Shown here: in pieces, positions 36,385 to 48,065 of the stretch
Layout: each line of letters begins with the position of its first letter
Numbering within the stretch: the first letter of the stretch is position 1
Origin: Anolis carolinensis
Taxonomy: Eukaryota
Direction: 5' to 3'
Length of the DNA: 64,000 nt
NCBI RefSeq assembly: GCF_035594765.1
Contig: NC_085843.1
Coordinates: 25,187,955-25,251,954 of the forward strand
Notes under the pieces: model-generated
What the model was told of the DNA's origin: nothing
Databases searched by the model: none
The model's input: only the letters and a program-made list of their open reading frames with translations
Position numbers and translations under genes: made by a program

Positions 36385-38733
36385 TAATTGCAAAGTGGGG
36401 GAACTTCAGGGGCTCCTTTCTCCCTCATATTTACATATATTTGGAGTGAAACGTGCTACAATGGTAGAACACATTTACCATTGTTAACCCACCAAGTTTC
36501 ACCTATCCAAAAATCTTTTGGGAATTTTCAAAGTTTTTATAAATAACATTTTAAAAAAGAAACTACAGGAGCTATCTCCTTGAATTTTCTATACAATGAC
36601 ACAAGATAATAAGGGATCGTTCCCCCCCCACTCCAACTTTCAGAAATATTATATGTCTACTGATTTTAGGGAATTTTTAAAGTGTTGACAAAATTTCTTA
36701 AAATTTTTAAAGCCACAACAGCTATTTTATTGAATGTCTCTCATATTAACCAATAGAAGAAATCAATATCAACCAATTCTACATTTTCATAGAAGCTATG
36801 AAAATAGCTATGTCCAAATAATTCAAAATAATTTCAATTTCCAAGTAGGGTTGCCCCTTTGTGCTGATGTGTCAAATGCAGCAGGCAGCACTGCCCAGCC
36901 ACACTGTGTCCAGTGTCCAGGGCATCGGCAACTATAATATTAGACTTAAAATAATTTCAATTGTCTGTCTGTTACATCATTCCAGGGAGGAGAATCATGT
37001 ACCCTTCCAGATGTTGTTAGACTAAAACTTCCAGCACTTTTTACCAATGACCATCCAATGACTAATGACTAGGGCTGATGGGACTGTTTGTCCAAAAACA
37101 TCTGAAAAGTTGCATAATTTTGACCCCTAGATTATATAAGCCCATGTGCTTGAATACAAAATCATAAATACTATGTTATCTAAAGACACAAAACAAATTG
37201 CAGGAAGGTTTGGGCCCAACCCATCAATCACTTGGGGGTTCTGTGTTTTTGCTCTAAAATGCACACTTATGAGCCAATTTTAACTAAACTTGATATTTAT
37301 ATTTAGGCTTACATCCCGAACTTTGTTCTGTTAGCTCAGGACTGATTGGCACATTTTAGCTTTCCTCAGAAAATGACAGGTTGTGTTCCATTTTGCAAAG
37401 AACGTAGTGTGAAACAAATCACAAACTAAGGACTGTCAATGCTACGAATCAGACTTTGGTTTCTTCAAATCATAAGTGAAATCATCAACATCAATCCAGG
37501 CAACAGAAGGTATATTTCCCAGTTATTTACGAAGGATAAGCTGATTAGAACTGAGCATACCACCTGTTACAATTCAGATGATACTATATGCTTTATACAT
37601 CAACCTCTGCCTCCAGTCATTGAATAAAACTCTCACTTCCAGCTGGAACAACACACATGGAATCATTTCCCTTCTTGGGAAAAATATTGAAAATTCTGGA
37701 CAAATATTTCTAATACAGTAGGATTAAAAACTAGCTTTTTCAGACTATACTTTATATGTGAATATTCTTGTTTTATGATATAAAACCCCCATATGACCTG
37801 ATGCCTGGATTACCATTTTTACAATACACCTTGTTTAAGCCTCAAATATTTCTCAAATATTAGAAATGCAATCTGCAATCCTAAACACGTTCATTTGGCT
37901 TCAAATCCCATCAATCTGGACGGAAGTAAGGTGGAACAGAGAGAGAGAAAAATATTGAGAATACTACTGACAAATCCCAACTAAAGCTGGCCCATTTAAT
38001 CAATGGTGAGTCAACTCTTGTGTAAATTCTATCGATTTATTGGGTTGACTTTAGCTGGGAACCACCAATAGAATTCAAGCCAATTAATTTACTGCTTTTC
38101 TGCCTGACAATTATAGAGAAGCTAGCAGCTTGCTCACCCTGGTTTCTGTCATCCATCATGACTTCTGTCCAAGGTTAAACTAAAATGTGTGCACTTTCAG
38201 CTTTCCATCACTTCAAAAAAGAACTATTCCAGAATAAATCAAAAGTAAAATCTATGCAGTGCTTTTAAGAGACAGAAAAAGCAATTCTAATAAATTCTAT
38301 ACATTCACAGCAAAATATCAGGATAATAACACACATCAGAACAACAACGTCCATTATTGGGTAATGTGAAAACTCTGCACAGTGACAGAAGTATGTGTCT
38401 GTCTTGGGAGGAAATAATTACGCTTGCCCATTTGGGCTCAACTGATTCAAAAGTAGCAAAGGTTGGTAACTTTTTAAAACAGAAATCTGGTGAAGCAATT
38501 CATCTGTTTCAAGGAAATACAACTTGCAGTACCCCCTTTTTGCACATTTTGGGCATCATCTTGAATGCTCTTTTTTGTTTAGTATAAGACAAGAGTTAGC
38601 TCTGAAAGAAGGTCCCACAGATTCAAATGAACAAAGAAAGAATCTGTTTAATTGATTTACCTTCTCCCAAAAATCAGCAGCCTTTCTCCCAAAATAAGGG
38701 CTAGTTTTGCTCTTAGAGTAACATACCATAGAC

Positions 38734-38868
38734 CAGTGGTTCTCAACCTGTGAGTCCCAAGATGTTCTGGGCTTCAACTCCCAGAAATCTTAACAGCTGG
38801 TAAACTGGCTTGGATTTCTGGAAGCTGTAGGCCAAAACACTTGGGGACTCACAGGTTGAGAACCACTG
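38734..38868. mobile_element. hAT MITE
   Basis: TIRs; perfect TSD CCATAGAC. Confidence 0.92.
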
Positions 38869-41163
38869 CCATAGACTCACTACCACCGCCAAAAAGAGCA
38901 GCAGTGTTTTCTTATTCCTACTAGAAGATAACAGTATTTATTCATTTATGTGAGAAAAAGTAAAGTTGGGGAACGGAGGAACATATGTTGAAAGCAGGCT
39001 ATCCCTACCTCCATAGCTCCATTATTTCTTCTGATTGTGACAGAATGGCACTCTATGGAGAAATGGGTTTTACAGAGCAGGGCATGATCTGTCCCAACAT
39101 TAGGTCTTATTTCAGAAAACAGATTCTGTGGCGGGGTACTGGTGAGACACCACAAAGGCAGAAGGTCCTCAGTATTTGCTGAAATTTGGTTCTGGAACTC
39201 ACCATGGAGAACAAAATCCATAGATACTCATACTATGATATATACAATGATGCAATAAAATGGTGTTCTTTACTTTAAAAAGCAAAAAAAAAAATCAAAG
39301 TTCGTGTTTTTGATATTTAAAATAATATTTTAAAGTATGGATGCAGGCAGAATCTGTACTCACATACAGACATTAAATGTGACTTCGCTACAAATATTTC
39401 AGTTTAGCTATTATCTGATTACATTTTTAATATTGAATAAAGCAGAAATTTGGGGGGGGGGGTGATGCTTTCCCCTTTTGCATTTTGTCCACAACTAATT
39501 CTCACCTCAAGCTGTATATGCGGGTATTTCCCAAGGCTATGTCATGTTCTATTCTGAGCATGGCTCTTTATGGAGCTAAAAGAGGCCTGTCTATGCGGAG
39601 TAGGGAAGAATTAAGAGGCTTGGGGTAAAGCTCTCTAAAAGGGATCCCAAGGACCATAAAGACCATTTAATCCAACACCCTGCCCTGAAGGAAAAGCACA
39701 ATCAAAGCACATCCAGCCTCTGCTTAAAAACTCCAGAGAAGGAGACTCATTCAGATTCTGAGGCAGTGTGTTCCACTGTTGAACAGCTCTTACCTACGTT
39801 TGTCTTTTCATCTTTCCTCAGAATGCTAAAGTGGGATAATTGCAGGGGTGCAGATCTTTCCTTTAATGCTCAGGATCATCACAGCTAGTTGGTCGTATCA
39901 TAGAAAAATGTGCTCTGTACACTACTTAAGTGCAATTCACCATCTTCTTTCTGGTACTCTGGTTGTCTTATCAGCAGCATCTTTTGAAATTCAGCATATG
40001 CCTCTTGTGTTTCTTCTATCTCACTCACCAAAACTCACTCAGGAATCAAAACCAAGAACTAAGATGAAGGAGATTTCTGAAGGTATTTTTTTTAATGAGC
40101 AAGAGTCATGATAAGGCAGCTTCTAATTTCTACAATGATTAAAATACTTAAGACCAGCTTTTGAAGGGGTTGCATATCTTCACAACTGTTAGAAAAGGCT
40201 AAAATTATACATTTACGGGACCTGTTAACACAAAAACATGAGCAAACTGCAGCACATAAGATGTCAATTCCCTGGGTAATATTTAAAAACTCAGCATCAA
40301 TGAGCGCAGAAGAGATAAATGGGGAAACACTCCCGCTCTATCAAACTGTCTCCCTCTCCAAAAAGGTTTTTTTGGTATAATGTGAAAAGGCTTGCTTGGA
40401 TTCAGCTACATATGTCTAAGAGTCATAAGCGGAGTTCGCAGGAGTACTAGAGGCACCTTAGAACTAGGAAAATTCAAATAAGAGCTGTACAAATAAAAAA
40501 TGAGAGCAGAGGTAGGCTGTGTCCAGGAACAATCTTAACTGCATGGAAGTTCAGAAATAAATGAAATTGACTGTGAACTGAAAGAAAGGGGGATTGTTGA
40601 AGTTAATATGAATACTAGAATGAGAGGTAAAGGGAAAATAGGCAGAGATTATAAGATACAGAAGGGAGCAGCATGAACAAGATTCACGGGGGAACTCAAC
40701 AGGTGATAAATGAAAAATATTTCAAGCTGGGGCAGCGGGTTCGATTGTAATGGTTATTTTAAATTCTCCCTTAAATCTTGAGTAGAACGTAAAAGAAAGG
40801 CAGAAGGGGAAGGCAGTTTACTTGTACAGGTTAAAACAATGGTGAGCACCTTAAGTTTGCAATAAAGAGGAGATGAATAATTTTCAGTTGAGCATGAAGA
40901 AGTGGATTTGTAGAGGTTAAAATAAAGTGTATTGTCACACAGAAATCTGTCATCTAGATGCGGCACAGCAAGACCAAAAAGAAAGATGGGACTTGACTGC
41001 GACTGCTATTTTAACTGAATTTGCTGTGTTTTGTTTACAATTTATTATTTGTTGTGTTAATTTATTGTATGTTGATTTGTATTTATTTTGGAAACTGCCC
41101 TGAGTCCCTTTGGGGAGATAGAGTGGTATATAAATAAAGTTGTTGCTGTTGTTGTTGTTGTTG

Positions 41164-41201
<38 letters not shown>

Positions 41202-41952
41202 ACAACAAAAGGATGGTTGTTAGTTTCCAGGGCGGAATTTGCTGAAGACACATCCGATGATCACAATATGTTGGGAAGTTCTTTTAACATCTCACAAAAT
41301 AAAAAGCAGCTCATTGAGTGTGAGCAAAAATCTAACGGAATAGGCAAAATTATGCCCTCTAGATTGAATGAAGGCTTCCAAAAGCAACCACTCTAGCTTG
41401 AGCATACGGGAGTTATAGTATAAACATTTGGAAGGAACTATGTTGTCTATCTCCTTTTCATGTCCTGCAATCTGTTCCTTTCAGAGGTCAACCAGATGTG
41501 ATATGAAAACAATAACTTGGGGAAAATACAGTTTTGATTTTTAAATCCTATAATGCCCCATGCTAGTGAAAGAATTCTAGAAGATTTAGACCAGAAAAAT
41601 AACTTTGATCTGAGATAAGGACTATAGTGCAATTTGCTGTTCACTCAAGAAACAAATATTCCATGGCATGGACATTCCAGGGTGATTGCTCCTCTGGGTT
41701 AATTCGGAATGTGTAGTATGGTGGCACTTCCCTATTTACCCAAACTATTTTAGATACTTCCAGATGAACCAAAATTGCAAGAAGTCATATCTGCATAAGA
41801 CACCAAACTCGAGTGGTAGCTAATACCCCAGAGTAGGCTCAGAATTCAAACTGAAATATCAATAATTCAAAACTATTAGATAAATGGGACAAAATGAATG
41901 TCAATACAAATAAATGTAATGTACAGAACATGTTTAACAGAAAAAAATGAAA

Positions 41953-41984
<32 letters not shown>

Positions 41985-42199
41985 AAGCTAGTGTGGAACA
42001 GTGACTTGAACACTAGATTATGACACTGGAGAATCCCCACGCAGCTGTGAAAATCTACTGGGTAACCTTGGATGAGTCACAGTCTCTAAGTCCCAGAAGA
42101 AGGCAAAAACAATCTCTTTCTGAACAAATCTTGCCAAGAAGACCATCTAAGAGTCACCATAAGCCAGAAATGACATGAAGGTACAACAACAATCACAGA

Positions 42200-44960
42200 A
42201 AAGGTGGCACCTACTCTGAAAACAGTACATGTGCAAAGGATTTGGCATTATATTTAGACCACAAGTTGAACATGAGTCAATGGCGTGATTGTAGTAGGTG
42301 AAAAAGCCAGTGAAATTCTGTCCTGCATCACCAAGAGCAAAGTATAGTATAATATTTCAAGAGAAATGGTAGTGCCACTCAATTCTGATTTAAAAAGACT
42401 TCACCTAGAATACTGTATCCTATTCCGGTACCCAGTTCAAAAAAGATATTGACAATCTGGAAAATCTATAGAAAAGAGCAGCCAAGAAGATCTGGACACC
42501 ATACCTTATGAGGAACTGCATGGCAAAATGGGTATGTTTTGTTGGGAGAAGGTAAAGAGATGACATGATAGCCATCATCAAATATTTTAATCAATGTCAG
42601 GTAGAAAAGAAAGTATGTTTGTTTTGTACTACGCCTAGACTAGAACACAAACCAGTGGGTTCACATTACAAGGAAAGAGGTCTCCTCATAAACACGAAGA
42701 ATAACGTATTAGAAAGTATTCAAGGATAGAGTGAATGGACTGGCTAAGAAAGCAGTAGTCTCAGCCTTTTTGGAGATCTCAGAATAGAGATTGAGTGGCC
42801 AATTGTTGCTGTTGCTTCAGTTGTCTATTGCTGTATGGTACACAGTTGGCTAGATAGCGTTTGTGGTCTATTTTAAACCTTTGAGTCTGATCTCTAGCAC
42901 TGTATCTCAAACTACGTGATGCAGCTATTCTATTATTTTAACCTAAGAAATAAGACAAAGGTCTAAAGAATCAGTAGGGGGAAAATGGACACAATAAGCA
43001 GAAGGGCAACCAAAATGATCATATGTTTGGAAGCCAAACCCTATAAAGAGAGGCTTAAGGAGCTAGATATGTTTAGCTTGGAGAAGGCTGAGAGGGGACA
43101 TGATAGCTATGTTTCAATATTTGAAAGGATGTCACATTGAGGAGGGGGAAAGCTTGTCTCTTGCTACTCTAGAGACCAAGACACGGAGTAGTAGGTTCCA
43201 ATTGCAGGAAAAAAAGATTCCCCCTAAACCTTAGGAAGAAATTCCTAACAATGAGTGTAGCTCAGCAGTGGTGGAATTTCTTTCTCTAGGGGGTTTTAAG
43301 CAGACACGGAATGGTAATCTGTCAGGAGTGCTTTCACTGTGTTCTTTGAAGGACAGGGAGTTAGACTGAATGGCCCTTGTGATCTCTTCCAAATCCATGA
43401 TTCTAAGAATCTCTCTACTTGCAGAAAGGTTATATAACCAGACCACAGTTCCCTTCATTCACACACACACACATATACACTCGGGAGGAGCAAACAGGTG
43501 TGGAACCACAGGGCTACAGGTGGATGAGAAAGGATGTTGGGACCCACAGCAACATTCCTTAGAGGAGGTCTGGCAACCTGCAGGATGAAGCAGGGAGATC
43601 TCATGTCTTATTTGAGGATTTATTCTCAAATAAGGGGACTTCAGATGCCTGGGGAGACTCTGTTCTTTCAGAATAGAAATAGGATGAACAGAATAATTCA
43701 GTGGGGATGGAATCAGAGAGAGAGGACCAAAGAATAATCCTTGTATCTCATCTAAAGGGGCACAAAAGGCCAGGGGAAAAGTGAGAGGGAGAGCAGAGAC
43801 CAAACTGGCGAAGATTAACCTTACAATTGGGTTCAAGAGCCACATTTAAACAGTTATAGTAACAAGTTTAAATATTTGAAAGTGTGTCACATCGAGGAGG
43901 GGGGATGCTTCTTTCCTACTGCTCCAGGCATGGAGCAAGGGTTTCAAATTTTGGGAACAGAGATTAGGAAAAACTTCCTGATGGTAAGAAATAGTGGGCA
44001 ATGGAATATGCTGTCTGGAAGCGATGGAGTCTCACTCTCTGAAGACTTTTAAGTAGAGACTGGGTGGCCATCTGTTGCCACTGCCAGTTCTTTGACTGTC
44101 TATTCCTGCATGGCAGGCAGTTGGACGAAGTGGTCCTCAGGGTCCCTTCCAACTCCAGGATTCTGTGATTCTAAGATTAACCTTTGAAGAGCCCAATTTG
44201 TGTGTGTGTGTGCAAAGGCTATGTGAGAAGGGCACTCAGAGTTTCACACCTTAACCTGGGAACTTTTGAACCCCAGTTCTTTAAAAAATATTTAAATTCT
44301 GGGCACCGCAATTGAAGGGATATGTTGACAAGCTGGAATGTGTCCAGAGGAGGGTGACTAAAATGATCAAGGGTCTGGAAAATAAGCCCTATGAGGAGCG
44401 GCTTCAAGAGCTGGGCATGTTTAGTCTGCAGAAGAAAAGGCTGAGAGGAGACATGATGCGGGTCAGGTATAAATATGTGAGGGGGAGTCATAGGGAGGAG
44501 AGAGCAGGCTTGTTTTCTGCTGCCCTGGAGACTAGGATGTGAAGCAACAGCTTCAAACTACAGGAAAGGAGTTTCCACCTGAAGACCTTTCTAACTGTGA
44601 GAGGTGTTAGGCAGTGGAACTCTCTGCCCCAGAGTGTGGTGGAGGCTCCTTCTTTTTAAGCAGAGGCTGGATGGCCATCTGTTGGGGGTGCTTTGAAGGT
44701 GATTTTCCTGCTTCTTGGCAAGGGGTTGGACTGAATGGCTCATGAAGTCTCTTCCAACTCTATGATTCTATGATTCCTGACGGTAAGAACTATTGGGCAA
44801 TGGAATATGCTGCTTGGAAGTGGTGGCATCTCCTTCTCTGAAGGCTTTTAAGAAGAGACTGGGTGGCCATCTGTTGCCAGTGCTTTGATTGTCTTTTCCT
44901 GCATGGCAGGGGATTGGACTAAGTGGCCCTGGTGGTCCCTTCTCAGATTCTATGATGCTA
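42200..44960 (+). mobile_element. Cluster of co-oriented CR1 3' fragments (about 42200-42890, 42990-43410, 43860-44175, 44296-44776, 44774-44960)
   Basis: Repeated CR1 ORF2 C-terminus (VDKLECVQRRVTKMIKGLENKPYEERLQELGMFSLQKKRLRGDM) and CR1 tails. Confidence 0.85.
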
Positions 44961-44981
44961 GATTAACCTTCCAATTGAGTA

Positions 44982-45262
44982 AGGTAAAGGTAAATGCTTC
45001 CCCTGATGTTAAGTCCAGTCATATCTGGGGGTTGGTGCTCATCTCCATTTCTAAGCCAAAGAGCCGGCATTGTCTGTAGACACCTCTAAGGTCATGTGGC
45101 CGGCATGACTGCATGGAGCGCCTTTACCTTCCCGCCGGAGCGGTACCTATTGATCTACTCACATTGGCATGTTTTCGAACTGCTAGGTTGGCAGAAGCTG
45201 GAGCTAACAGGTCTGCAAGTTCAGCAGCTCAGTGCTTTAACACACTTCGCCACCGGGACTCC
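44982..45262 (-). mobile_element. Sauria SINE with internal deletion
   Basis: Matches the 5555-5888 copy; TSD AATTG(A/C)GTA. Confidence 0.88.
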
Positions 45263-45399
45263 AATTGCGTACAAGAGCCCAATCTGTTTGTGTGCCTGTG
45301 TGCAAAAGCTCTGCGAGAGGGGCACCCGGAGTTGCACGCCTGAACCTGGGAACTTTCGAACCTCAGCTCTTTAAAAAATATTTATTCTAAGGGCCACCG

Positions 45400-46620
45400 G
45401 TGGAAGCTGAGGAAAGGGAAGCAGAAGCCTGACCGGTGAAGATGAGCCCAATTGGGGGGGAATTGCAAACGCAGTGCGAGAGGGGAGCCGCTTTGGCACG
45501 CCATTCTTGCACAATTGGGGAGTCAGTGGGAAGTAGAGCGTAACGACCCCCCCCCCCTCCGCCCCTCTTTTCGGTGGTGAGTCAACCTCTGAGGCGGCGT
45601 TACGAAACCCCCCTTGCGAACGCGTAACACGCGGGTCGGGCGTCACGTGCGAAGGTGTCGCGGGCGCCTGGCCCTTCCCCTCCTCCTCCTCGGCCCCTCT
45701 CTCTCCCTTCCTTCCTTCCTTCCCCGCTCCCTGCCTGGTTACCGTGGGGGCGGTGAGGCGGCTGATGCTCTCCCCCAGGGAGTCCAGGTTGACCCTCCTC
45801 CGGCGGGGAGCGCGGCGGGAGCCTCCCGAGGCGGGGATGGCCGGGCCCGAGGCCGTGGCTGCTCCGGGGTCCCTCTCGGCTGGCGGGGCGGCGGGCGTGG
45901 CGTCCCCGGAGCGGCTCGGGGGGCTGCGGCTGCCATTCCAGCAGAGCCGGGCCACCGGGCACTCGCTCTCCTCCTCGGGGCTCGTCTCCAGGTAGTCCGA
46001 GCCCAGCGAGCTGAAGGATTCCGAGGAGATCTTGCGCCGGGACATGCTGGCGAGGAGGAGGAGAGGCTGCTGTTTCTGGGGGGAAGGGGGAGCCTCAGGC
46101 GGAAAGCGGGCCAAGAGGCACCGAGGGTCGGCTGAGGGATCCCTTGCGATGGAGACGGAGGAGGAGGAGGGAAGGCATGGCGATCAGAGGCAGCCCCGCA
46201 CTCGCTCTCCCTTCCTCCCTCCCTCCCGTCCTTCCTTCCCTGTCTCCCGGTCTCCCTTCTCTCTCGCCGCCTCCTCCTCCTCCTTCGCTTTTGCTGCCTT
46301 CCTGGCGGCTCCTCCTCCCGCCCTCGCCGGCCTCACGTGGCCACCGCCGGGAAGGTGGCGCTCGCCGGTCTCCCGATTGTGAGGCAAGGACAAGGCAAGG
46401 CGACCAGGGAGCGGGGCCGCGGGGCCCGGGCGGGTGAGCCCAAGAGCAGCCGGGCCCGCCAGGCGGAGCTCTCCAGGGTGCTGAAGCTCAAGGCCAAGCC
46501 AAAGACAGCGCCTCCCGCTGGGAGGACTCTCGCCCTTGGCTTCTATAGCGCAAGCAGGGGCAAAGCCCTCCAGGTATTTTGGACTCCAACGCCCACAATT
46601 CCTAGCAGCCCAAAGTTTGC
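45400..46620. promoter_or_regulatory. CpG island covering the GUCY1A2 promoter, 5' UTR and exon 1
   Basis: Abrupt GC- and CpG-rich block in otherwise AT-rich, CpG-poor DNA, with GC-box-like GGGCGG motifs upstream of exon 1. Boundaries approximate. Confidence 0.9.
45743..46045 (-). CDS. GUCY1A2: GUCY1A2 coding exon 1 (soluble guanylate cyclase subunit alpha-2, N-terminus)
   Basis: Translates MSRRKISSESFSSLGSDYLETSPEEESECPVARLCWNGSRSPP...RRRRVNLDSLGESISRLTAPT, which matches the recalled vertebrate GUCY1A2 N-terminus. ATG context gccagcATG; donor ACG|gtaacc at 45742; 303 bp, phase 0. Confidence 0.96.
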
Positions 46621-46837
46621 CCATGCCTGCTATAGCCAGGTGGCAGCATACAGGGAGCACACAACTCCCATGTTAAGTCAGCTCTACTGGTTGGCAGTTA
46701 GGGTCGCAACCCTGCACAGCCTCTCTTAGTATAAACAGCCACTCACTATGCTCCTCTCAGTCAGTCCAGAGTCAAAGCCTAAGTAGATTCAAACACCAAA
46801 CCATGCAGGGATAATCCAATAGGCATAGTCAATAGGC

Positions 46838-47145
46838 AAAGGTAAAGGTTTCCCCTGACATTAAGTCCAGTCGTGTCTGACTCTGGGGGTTGGTGCTCAT
46901 CTCCATTTCTAAGCCGTTGTCCGTAGACACCTCCAAGGTCATGTGGCCGGCATGACTGCATGGAGCACCGTTACCTTCCCGTCGGAGCGGTACCTATTGA
47001 TCTACTCACATTGGCATGTTTTCGAACTGCTAGGTTGGCAGAAGCTGGAGCTAACAGCGGGCACTCACTTCACTCCCCGGGTTTGAACCTGGGACCTTTC
47101 AGTCTGCAAGCTCAGCAGCTCAGCACTTTAACACACTGAGCCATC
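46838..47145 (-). mobile_element. Sauria SINE between ~210-bp direct repeats
   Basis: Matches the other Sauria SINE copies; flanked by 46631-46835 and 47151-47365. Confidence 0.9.
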
Positions 47146-47717
47146 ATAGGTATAGCCAGGTTAATAACTGGGGCAGCGTACAGGGAGCACACAACTCCCA
47201 TGTTAAGTCAGCTCTACTGGTTGGCAGTTAGAGTCGCAACCCTGCACAGCCTCTCTTAGTATAAACAGCCACTCACTATGCTCCTCTCAGTCAGTCCAGA
47301 GTCAAAGCCAAAGTAGATGCAAACACCAAACCATGCAGGGATAATCCAATAGGCGTAGTCAATAGTCCAGTCCAAAAGTTCTCACCAACACATCCAAACT
47401 ATATGTAATCCAAGGTCCAAAGTCAAGGTTTAACACATGATAAGACACACAAAATCTTCCGACAGAGCTCCAAGCTGTAGCAGGTTCCAAATGTTGCTCC
47501 CAGCACAGACCAGATCTAAACTGCCACTCTTTATGCTCCATAGCACAAGTGCTCTCACCTGTTGGCCCTTCTCTGAGTGAATCTCCGCAGCATGAGTCCT
47601 CAGTTGCAGTCTTTCTGGGATACTTAACTGTGCCTCATTGCTCTCCTGATCCTGAGTTAACTCAGGACTCCCACTTGCCTGAGGCCTTGTACCAGTAGGC
47701 ATAAATATAGTTATACT

Positions 47718-48046
47718 AAAAGGTAAAGGTTACCCCTTGACATTAAATCTAGTCATGTCTGACTCTGGGATTTGGTGCTCATCTCCAATTCTAAGCTGAA
47801 GAGCTGGCATTACCCGTAGATGCCTCTAAGGTCATGTGGCCGGCATGACTGCATGGAGCATCGTTACCTTCCCGCTGTAGCGGCACATATTGATCTACTT
47901 AAATTTGCATGTTTTCAAACTGCTAGTTTGGCAGAATCTGGGGCTAACAGCAGGAGCTCACCCACTCCCCGGATTCAAACCGCCAACTTTTTGGTCAGCA
48001 AACTCAGCAGCTCAGTCACTTAACTTGCTGCACCATCAAGGGCTCC
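47718..48046 (-). mobile_element. Sauria SINE
   Basis: Full-length and more diverged copy. Confidence 0.88.
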
Positions 48047-48065
48047 AGATACAAATATAAATATA

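Noticed and set aside
45371-46114. 247-aa ORF as a single-exon protein
   Set aside because: Only 46045-45743 matches GUCY1A2. The ORF starts at a non-ATG codon in the UTR and reads through the splice donor into the intron.
45600-46729. Multiple overlapping ORFs on both strands in the CpG island
   Set aside because: Expected from stop-codon scarcity in GC-rich DNA; no recognisable domains.
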